NCBI GenBank assembly: GCA_964414295.1
Contig: CAYPVU010000031.1
Location: forward strand, 17,885-81,884
Source: an uncultured Candidatus Saccharibacteria bacterium
GTDB taxonomy: Bacteria; Patescibacteriota; Dojkabacteria; J137
DNA: 64,000 nucleotides
Direction: 5' to 3'
The translations under genes were made by a program, and so were the position numbers. Below the pieces are notes generated by a model that ran no database searches, had not been told where the DNA came from, and saw only the letters and a program-made list of their open reading frames with translations. Below, in pieces: positions 56,755 through 64,000 of the stretch; within the stretch, counting starts at the first letter, position 1; each line of letters opens with the position of its first letter.

Positions 56755-57972
56755 ATGTTTATAGATACATTTAAAATTGCATTAGACTCAATGAAAGCTA
56801 ACAAAGTGAGAGCTTTGTTAACTATGCTTGGTATTATTATCGGCATTTCTTCGGTAATAGCAGCATTATCGATAGGACAGGCAGCACAATCAGTGATTTT
56901 AGAACAAGTAGAAGGTTTAGGATCTAATACTATTACTATAACATCTGGAAACTTTGCTACAGCATTTAGAAGTAGAGCAAGAGCATTAAGTGCATTGAAT
57001 ACCAAAATAGATTATAGAATTGTTGATTTATTGAAAAATCCTGTAAAGTTTAAAGATATAAAAGATTTATCTCCAGAAAGTACTTCGAGTCAAGAAATAT
57101 TTTATCAGTCTAAATCAGATACCGTAACGGTTTATGGTATAACAGAATCTCATTTTAATGTAAGACAGTTAAGTATAGATAAGGGTAGATTAATAACCAA
57201 TATAGATAATAATAAAGTTAAAAAGAATTTAGTTTTAGGGTCTTCAATTGCTAAAACATTATTTGGAGAAAGTGATCCTATAAATAAAACAGTAAAGGTA
57301 AAGGGTGCATCCTATACTGTAGTAGGCGTGTTAGTAGAGAAGGGTAATAGTAATTTTGATGAAGCAGTATATATTCCACTTAATACCTTAAATGCTTTGA
57401 TTACAGGTGATAAAAATTTAAATCAAATAGTTGTGCAGGTAAGCGAAGAAAGCAGGATTGATTCTTTAACTGGCAAAATACAAGATTCCTTGATGGAATA
57501 CTATCGAATTAAAGATTTAGAAAAAGCAAGATTTAGTGTTATTAGTTCAAAAGATATTTTAAGTTTAACAGAAAGCATAACTAGTATTTTTACTGTGCTA
57601 CTTGCGAGTATAGCAGGAATATCCTTAGTTGTTGGTGGAATAGGTATTATGAATATAATGTTAGTATCAGTAAGTGAGAGGACAAAAGAAATCGGGCTAA
57701 GAAAGGCAGTTGGAGCAAAACAAAATGCAATTCTTTTACAATTTTTAATAGAAGCTATTGTTTTAACATTGAGTGGGGGATTAATTGGTATGGTATTAGG
57801 AATTCTTTTAGGAATGCTTATTGGAGCTGTTGGAGGAATTGCAGTTGGAGTCTCTATTAATGCTATAGTTTTATCTGTATCGGTATCTGTAACCATTGGG
57901 ATTATATTTGGATTCTATCCTGCCTATAGGGCTTCTAAATTGAATCCAATAGAAGCCTTAAAGTATGAATAA
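56755..57972 (+). CDS. ABC transporter permease (MacB/FtsX type)
   Basis: LTMLGIIIG, GGIGIMNIMLVSVSERTKEIG, PAYRASKLNPIEAL. Confidence 0.96.
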   Translation: MFIDTFKIALDSMKANKVRALLTMLGIIIGISSVIAALSIGQAAQSVILEQVEGLGSNTITITSGNFATAFRSRARALSALNTKIDYRIVDLLKNPVKFKDIKDLSPESTSSQEIFYQSKSDTVTVYGITESHFNVRQLSIDKGRLITNIDNNKVKKNLVLGSSIAKTLFGESDPINKTVKVKGASYTVVGVLVEKGNSNFDEAVYIPLNTLNALITGDKNLNQIVVQVSEESRIDSLTGKIQDSLMEYYRIKDLEKARFSVISSKDILSLTESITSIFTVLLASIAGISLVVGGIGIMNIMLVSVSERTKEIGLRKAVGAKQNAILLQFLIEAIVLTLSGGLIGMVLGILLGMLIGAVGGIAVGVSINAIVLSVSVSVTIGIIFGFYPAYRASKLNPIEALKYE

Positions 57973-58516
57973 TTATTTAATACTTGCTGGTCCAATCGCT
58001 ATATTTCTTACGTTAATCTCTATTGCCTTATCGTTAGCTAATTATAAAGACTTTAATATCCTTAACAATGTAATAAGTGATCTAGGCAATTCTGACTCCC
58101 AGCACCTCTTCAATGCGTCTTTAGTATTATCTGGAATCCTAATTAATATTTTTTCCTTAACTCTTTATAAAAAGTTAAAGCTTACGGTTAATATTCTTTT
58201 TACACTACTGATATCTGGAATTAGTTTAAGTATGTTGGGGATTGTTCGAACTCCTGTAGAAAATATTTGGAATCTAGAAAGACTACTCCATTGGGGATTT
58301 GCGCTAATACTATTTCTAGGATATCCAATAGGTATGTATTTAGTAGGTAAGCAAACAAATCTTAAATTCAGTAAATATTACGGAATTCTTTTATTGGGAG
58401 TATTGCTATTTCTCCTTTTTATTAGTCCAAGCAGATTTATTATTCAGGTTATAGGTATAATTTTAATATATTTATGGATATTAGTTATGTCAGTAATAGC
58501 CATCAAACGTAGATAA
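57965..58516 (+). CDS. DUF998-like membrane protein
   Basis: NVISDLG..FNASL, H..FA; multiple TMs. Confidence 0.7.
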   Translation: MNNYLILAGPIAIFLTLISIALSLANYKDFNILNNVISDLGNSDSQHLFNASLVLSGILINIFSLTLYKKLKLTVNILFTLLISGISLSMLGIVRTPVENIWNLERLLHWGFALILFLGYPIGMYLVGKQTNLKFSKYYGILLLGVLLFLLFISPSRFIIQVIGIILIYLWILVMSVIAIKRR

Positions 58517-58534
58517 TATTGTATAATCAGCCAT

Positions 58535-60298
58535 ATGGATATTAAAGAATTAATAAAAACTACAATTTCAAAATATTTAGAGCAATTAGGTGTATCTGTA
58601 GATGTGGAGCTTGAAACTCCAAAAGATAAAACACATGGAGATTTAACAACTAATATTGCTTTAAAGGTTTCTAAAAGTTTAAATAAAAATCCAAGAGAAT
58701 TTGCTAACCAAATAATAGAGTTATTTAAAGATTTAAATCCTATCAGCAAAGTAGAAGTGGCGGGTCCTGGTTTTTTAAACTTTTACCTTAATCAAAACCT
58801 TACAAAATCTATAATAAATAATATTTTAGAGAATAGTGAATTCGGTAACAGCAATTGGGGGAAAGATCAAACCTGGTTAATTGAGCATACGTCCCCAAAT
58901 CCAAATAAAGCAATGCATTTAGGTCATTTAAGAAATAATGTAACAGGAATGGCAATTTCTAATTTGGCTAAAGCAGTAGGTGTTAATGTAATAATGGATT
59001 GTATAGATAATAATAGAGGAATTGCAATTGCAAAGTTAATGTGGGGATATTTAAAATTTGCAAATAAAGACTCATTAAAAAATGTAGAAGATATAAATTA
59101 CTGGTATAACAACCAAGAAGAATGGCTTACTCCCGAAGATCTTAATGTAAGTCCAGACAAGTTTATGGATATGCTTTATGTAAAAGGATCAGAGGATTTT
59201 AAGGATCCTAATGCTGAAGCTAAAGTTAGAAAATTAGTAGTTGATTGGGAAAGTGAAGATAAAGTTACATGGGAACTTTGGAGGAAAGTTTTAAATTACG
59301 TTTATCAGGGTCAAGCAGCAACTTTAAAAAGATTAGGCAGTCACTGGGATTATGTATGGCATGAACATGAGCACTACAAAGAAGGAAAAGATATTGTAGA
59401 AGAAGGGTTAAAAAGGGGCATTTTCCAAAAGTTGGAAAATGGAGCAATTATGACTAATCTAAAGGATTATAAATTAGCAGATACTATTGTAATTAAAAAA
59501 GATGGTACTTCTTTATACATTACCCAGGATTTAGCCCTGACAAGAAAAAAGATAGAAAAGTTTCATCCAACAAAAATGTTTTGGGTTATAGGTCCAGAGC
59601 AAACGCTTGCTATGAAGCAGGTATTTGCAGTTTCTGATCAATTAGGTTTTGGAAATTACAAAGACTTTAATCATATTGCATATGGATTTATTAGTATAAA
59701 AGGACAAGGAAAAATGAGTTCTAGAGCAGGAAATGTTATTTACATTGACGATTTATTAAATGATGCTAGAGATACAGTTTTAGAAAGAATAAAAAATGAA
59801 AGTTTATCTAATGAAGAAAAGACAGTAGTTGCAGAAAAGGTAGGATTAGCTGCTGTAAAGTATAGTATTTTAAAGGTTGGTAGATTAACAGACACAGCAT
59901 TTGATTTTGAAACTTCATTAGCATTTGATGGAGATTCCGGTCCATATTTAATGTATACATATGCTAGAGCTTCATCTATATTAAAACAAAAAAATGCTGA
60001 TTCTGTAAAAGATCTAGAAAATGCATACAATACAGTAGAGGAGCAGGACATAATAAGATTGCTAAATACTTTTGAGAATACAGTTTTAGAATCTGCTATT
60101 AATTATTCTCCAAATATTGTTGCTAACTTTTTATTTGAATTAGCTCAGGCTTTTAATAAATTCTATAATCAGCACTCGGTATTAAAAGCTGAAACCGAAG
60201 ACCTAATTTCTAGTAGAGTGGCTTTAACAGCTGCAACTGCAAAAGTTTTAAAAAAGGGGTTAGCTCTATTGGGTATTGAAACGGTTGAATCTATGTAA
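58535..60298 (+). CDS. argS: Arginine--tRNA ligase
   Basis: HGDLTTN, AGPGFLN, SPNPNKAMHLGH, KMSSRAG, GPYLMYTYAR, C-terminal M. Confidence 0.97.
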   Translation: MDIKELIKTTISKYLEQLGVSVDVELETPKDKTHGDLTTNIALKVSKSLNKNPREFANQIIELFKDLNPISKVEVAGPGFLNFYLNQNLTKSIINNILENSEFGNSNWGKDQTWLIEHTSPNPNKAMHLGHLRNNVTGMAISNLAKAVGVNVIMDCIDNNRGIAIAKLMWGYLKFANKDSLKNVEDINYWYNNQEEWLTPEDLNVSPDKFMDMLYVKGSEDFKDPNAEAKVRKLVVDWESEDKVTWELWRKVLNYVYQGQAATLKRLGSHWDYVWHEHEHYKEGKDIVEEGLKRGIFQKLENGAIMTNLKDYKLADTIVIKKDGTSLYITQDLALTRKKIEKFHPTKMFWVIGPEQTLAMKQVFAVSDQLGFGNYKDFNHIAYGFISIKGQGKMSSRAGNVIYIDDLLNDARDTVLERIKNESLSNEEKTVVAEKVGLAAVKYSILKVGRLTDTAFDFETSLAFDGDSGPYLMYTYARASSILKQKNADSVKDLENAYNTVEEQDIIRLLNTFENTVLESAINYSPNIVANFLFELAQAFNKFYNQHSVLKAETEDLISSRVALTAATAKVLKKGLALLGIETVESM

Positions 60299-61555
60299 TT
60301 CCTTTTTTAAGGAAAATAGAATTGCTAGTAAAAAAAGGAAGTCCATTATGTTTACTATACCATTCTCGTGAATTAGACTTCTAAACATCCATGCAGCTAG
60401 TGCTATAAAAGTAAAATCCCACATACGAACCTTCTTTTTATTAAACATATTTATAAAACTATTTAGTATAAATGCAGTAAATATACTTACTACTATAAGT
60501 CCGTTTTGAGTTAGTATATCTAATAAAAAGTTATGAGCTCTATCTACCAGTAAGCCTTTTATTAACCCATACTGTTTAAATACTTCGCCTAAAGTATCAA
60601 ATCCAAATCCAAAAAATATAATTTTTAATTGCTCTAAACTTAGTGGCTGAGTAAATATATTTAGTATTGAATTATAAATTTCAATTCTTAGATTATATTC
60701 AGTGTTTAACCTAAGAAATATAATCGCACAGACTATTAAACCAATAGTTATTAAGGTTAATATTATTGCGAATATTCGTTTCGGCAAAACTTCATATAGT
60801 AATACAATACTTATTGCAAAAGCTGCTGATATAATTCCCCATTCGGAATATGTAAGACCTAAAATTACTAAAAATCCAAAAATTAAAAGTCCAAAGTAAA
60901 TTTTAGTAATAACTCTTAATGTTTTATTAGTATTAAGTCTTAATCCAAAGTAAAAAGCTGATAATATTATTGCCAGTAACAATCTGCCAGCAAACCAATT
61001 CGCTTGACCAAAAGTTCCGTTAACCCAAATGCCTTGTAATATTGCATCCGGATTAACAGTTGATAATTCATTAAACTGATTTAAAGCTACACCGCATTGA
61101 ATAATAGTAGAAAATATAAAACTTAACGAAACTATGTGCCAGTTATTTACATTAATGCTTTTATATACTCCATAAGCTCCCCATAACATTAGTAAGTATG
61201 TAATTGCACCCTGCAACCTAAAGTAATTACCCCAGACAGCAATCTCTAAATATGGGGATAATATAGTAGATACTATAAAAAGAACAGAAATTAAGGCTAT
61301 TATCCAAAATGATCGAGTAATCTTAACTGATTTTTCTTTAAAACTTTTAACGCAGAAGGCACTTGTAGAAAACAATATAATTATTGAGCAGATAATCTGT
61401 AAAAATAATACCTTTGGTAATTCGTAGCCTCTAGGCAAGGTATTGTAATCCACTACAAAAGGAGATACAGCAATTCCTACTGCTGCAGTTAGAATTATTA
61501 ATAATTTAAAAATACTAATAGAATCTCTTTTTAATAAATTTTTTAGAAATTTCAT
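60266..61555 (-). CDS. O-antigen ligase-family membrane protein
   Basis: YELPK, GTFGQAN, GFG, DRAHNFLLD; many TMs. Confidence 0.85.
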   Translation of the reverse strand: MKFLKNLLKRDSISIFKLLIILTAAVGIAVSPFVVDYNTLPRGYELPKVLFLQIICSIIILFSTSAFCVKSFKEKSVKITRSFWIIALISVLFIVSTILSPYLEIAVWGNYFRLQGAITYLLMLWGAYGVYKSINVNNWHIVSLSFIFSTIIQCGVALNQFNELSTVNPDAILQGIWVNGTFGQANWFAGRLLLAIILSAFYFGLRLNTNKTLRVITKIYFGLLIFGFLVILGLTYSEWGIISAAFAISIVLLYEVLPKRIFAIILTLITIGLIVCAIIFLRLNTEYNLRIEIYNSILNIFTQPLSLEQLKIIFFGFGFDTLGEVFKQYGLIKGLLVDRAHNFLLDILTQNGLIVVSIFTAFILNSFINMFNKKKVRMWDFTFIALAAWMFRSLIHENGIVNIMDFLFLLAILFSLKKELHRFNRFNTQ

Positions 61556-61606
61556 ATGGTTTTGCCTTTAGAGATATTAACAGATAAACTGTTATGAATA
61601 AATGTT

Positions 61607-62620
61607 ATGCATATGAATAGATTCTTAAAGGCAGCTTTTGTATTCATTACTTGCTTATTAGTAATTACCTTTATAGCCCTACTACCAAATATCAATAGAT
61701 TTTCCGAGCCACTAGTTCCTGTTATTTCTTATAGTACCCCAGAGTATACAAATTCAAAAGACACAAATACATTAGTAAAAATGCTTTTTTTAGGAGATAT
61801 TATGATGGCAAGAACAATAGGATCTTCCATTCTTAATGGGGATGATCCATTTAAAAATATCAATCAAAAGTTTAATGAGTATGATGTTATTGTAGGAAAT
61901 CTAGAAACTGTTGCTTCTGACCCGAAGTACGCAGTTCAAGCTACGGGTAAATTATTCACTTTTAACTCTCCAATAGAATCTATTGATGTGCTTAAAAAAA
62001 ATAAAATAGAAATTGTAAGCTTGGCAAATAACCATACTATGGATTACGGCCCAGCAGCATTAGTAAACACAATGGATAATCTTAAGAGCAGAGGTGTTTT
62101 ATACGTAGGTGCAGGCAATAATATAAATGAAGCATTTGCTCCTAAATATCTAAACTACAAAAATACTATAATTGCATTTTTGGCTTTTAACGATATTGAA
62201 AACTGGTTTGCAGATGCAACAGATTATTCAGCAGGTTCTGCATTTTTTAATAAAGAACGGATTCAAAACTCTTTAAAAGAAGCTAATGAGAAAGCAGATA
62301 TTGTTATTGTAATGCCCCACTGGGGAATTGAATATTCCCTTACTAACTCTCCAAGGCAGCAGGAGTTTGGCTATTTTTTTATAGACAATGGTGCAGATGT
62401 TGTAATCGGTGCTCATCCACATGTAGAACAAAATGAAGAAGAATATAATGGTAAAAAAATCTATTACTCTTTAGGTAATTTTGTATTTGATGATATGTGT
62501 CCTATTCCTAATGCTTGTGATGCTTCTATTGTAGAAGTAATTATTGAAAATAAACAATTAATCTCAAGTTCTTCTATTAAAGTAAAACTGCAAGATAATG
62601 GTTATCCCGAATTAAAGTAA
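61607..62620 (+). CDS. CapA-family metallophosphatase
   Basis: [37 protein letters not shown]. Confidence 0.93.
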   Translation: MHMNRFLKAAFVFITCLLVITFIALLPNINRFSEPLVPVISYSTPEYTNSKDTNTLVKMLFLGDIMMARTIGSSILNGDDPFKNINQKFNEYDVIVGNLETVASDPKYAVQATGKLFTFNSPIESIDVLKKNKIEIVSLANNHTMDYGPAALVNTMDNLKSRGVLYVGAGNNINEAFAPKYLNYKNTIIAFLAFNDIENWFADATDYSAGSAFFNKERIQNSLKEANEKADIVIVMPHWGIEYSLTNSPRQQEFGYFFIDNGADVVIGAHPHVEQNEEEYNGKKIYYSLGNFVFDDMCPIPNACDASIVEVIIENKQLISSSSIKVKLQDNGYPELK

Positions 62621-63055
62621 TCTTCTTTTTTCTTTTAGTAGATCTCTTATTTCTGTAAGAAGCTCTTCTTGTTTATTTACTACCTGTTTAGCTTCTTTCT
62701 TTTCCTGCTTTTTTTGTTCTAATTTTATTGAATTTAATGCTTTAACTACAAGGAATATACAAGCGGCAACAATTAAAAAATCAAATGTATTTTGTAAGAA
62801 ATTGCCGTAATTTATTGTAACAGCTGGTACAGTATTGCCAGCAGCGTCTATATATTCAGGTTTAAGAATAAACTTTAAAGCGGTAAAGTTTACCCCGCCA
62901 ATAATTAAACCAATTGGAGGCATAAATATATCTGCTACTAAAGAAGATACAATCTTTCCAAATGCTGCTCCAATAATTACACCAACGGCAAGATCAATTA
63001 CATTGCCTTTTACAGCAAAGTTTCTAAATTCTGATAAGAGTCCCATAAATTTCAT
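62612..63055 (-). CDS. mscL: Large-conductance mechanosensitive channel
   Basis: [29 protein letters not shown]. Confidence 0.97.
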   Translation of the reverse strand: MKFMGLLSEFRNFAVKGNVIDLAVGVIIGAAFGKIVSSLVADIFMPPIGLIIGGVNFTALKFILKPEYIDAAGNTVPAVTINYGNFLQNTFDFLIVAACIFLVVKALNSIKLEQKKQEKKEAKQVVNKQEELLTEIRDLLKEKRRLL

Positions 63056-63087
63056 GACATAAGGTTATACTAACAATTATACATCAA

Positions 63088-64000
63088 TTAATACCTTAGT
63101 TTTGCTACAAAAGGGACTTCTAAAAGTGGCGAATCTTTATCTAGTACAAAAACCTCACCTCCTGTTTCAAATACTTTTTTTAGAATCCAATCGTTCAAAT
63201 TTTCTGTTTCTACAGATCCATCTGTTTTAGTTGTATATGGTAGATCTCTATTTAATATATATCCTTTAGTTCTAAAGTCTTCCTTTATGTAAACTTTTTG
63301 AATTCTAGCTTCAGCAGCAGCTGATACAATATCTTCAAGCTCTTTTTTAAAAGTTCCGTCAATACTAGTTTTATATTTATTTAGCTTTTCTTCTGTAATC
63401 TTGTTTGTACAATTTGCTAAAGCTTGTTTAAATTCATTCTCAAAGTTTGCCTCATTATCAATTATCTTTATTTCTAAACAAGGTGCTGCACTAGAAAAGA
63501 ACTTTAATTGTTCAGTTAAAAAGTCAGCAAAGGGAGCAAAGTCATTTGAATAAAATACAATAATATTTTTGTACTGATTTTGCTGTTTCGCAAATTCTTT
63601 CAAGTTTTCAATTGCATCATTAAGTATCTTTTTTGAAAACTTAGACTCTTTTTCATCTGCAGCACTTCCTCCATGTATTACTCCGGTTGCTCCAGGTGTT
63701 CTATTTCTAAATCTATCTTCGTATGCTTCCAGAATTACATTTTCAATAGTTTTTATGTGTTTAAATTCACTATTTAATAAAAAGAACTTTGTTTCTTTTC
63801 TAGAAATATAAATACATAAATTATCTTCAAAGTTCTGAGTCATTTTAAACAAATTAGTTAAGGAAAATACCTTACTGCAACTTTGATAATCGCTTACTGG
63901 GATGTCAGAAAAAACAACAACTATACTTTCATTTAAAGTAAAGTTTAAATCTTCTGGAGTGCTAAAGTCAGCTGCAATAAATATTCCTACAGATTTTTTA
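63088..64000 (-). CDS. baeRF-like (bacterial archaeo-eukaryotic release factor family) protein, 5' truncated by window
   Basis: Frame is open to the window end (..KSVGIFIAAD..); HGG loop; eRF1 domain-3-like C-terminus (AAAEARIQKVYI...GGEVF...AKLRY). Confidence 0.65.
   Translation of the reverse strand, partial: KKSVGIFIAADFSTPEDLNFTLNESIVVVFSDIPVSDYQSCSKVFSLTNLFKMTQNFEDNLCIYISRKETKFFLLNSEFKHIKTIENVILEAYEDRFRNRTPGATGVIHGGSAADEKESKFSKKILNDAIENLKEFAKQQNQYKNIIVFYSNDFAPFADFLTEQLKFFSSAAPCLEIKIIDNEANFENEFKQALANCTNKITEEKLNKYKTSIDGTFKKELEDIVSAAAEARIQKVYIKEDFRTKGYILNRDLPYTTKTDGSVETENLNDWILKKVFETGGEVFVLDKDSPLLEVPFVAKLRY

Noticed and set aside
583-63062. Many short overlapping or antisense ORFs in the track (e.g. 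1360-1665, 19023-19349, 34284-34619, 57501-57896)
   Set aside because: They overlap well-supported genes and show no recognisable motifs.

Overview
AT-rich (roughly 30% GC by eye) bacterial chromosome segment in standard genetic code. The reduced gene content and archaeal-type TyrRS point to a Patescibacteria/CPR organism (inference). Bases 1 to about 11,010 are the right end of an integrated island. It holds small phage/ICE-type genes followed by structured intergenic repeats, a controller + two DNA methyltransferases + Mrr/SF2-helicase restriction cluster, lexA, DUF2188 and a GHKL-ATPase/nuclease gene broken by a nonsense codon, and it ends at a tRNA 3'-end fragment (candidate att site). 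The rest is mostly core genome around the replication origin (dnaA, dnaN, holA, rpsT, tsaD, rsmI, comM, ftsK, dnaJ, murE, argS, mscL, a MacAB-like ABC system, pilNO). Three signals stand out. (1) An unannotated leader peptide MNKLNRTNNYYYYYLSYCG with complete 1:2 / 2:3 / 3:4 attenuator structures upstream of tyrA-tyrS. (2) Two GC-rich orphan genes, each with its own promoter and a strong Shine-Dalgarno, whose predicted transcript +1 starts a stem pairing with sequence just after the stop codon. (3) An unusual restriction-modification architecture. No CRISPR array, rRNA or complete tRNA was seen.
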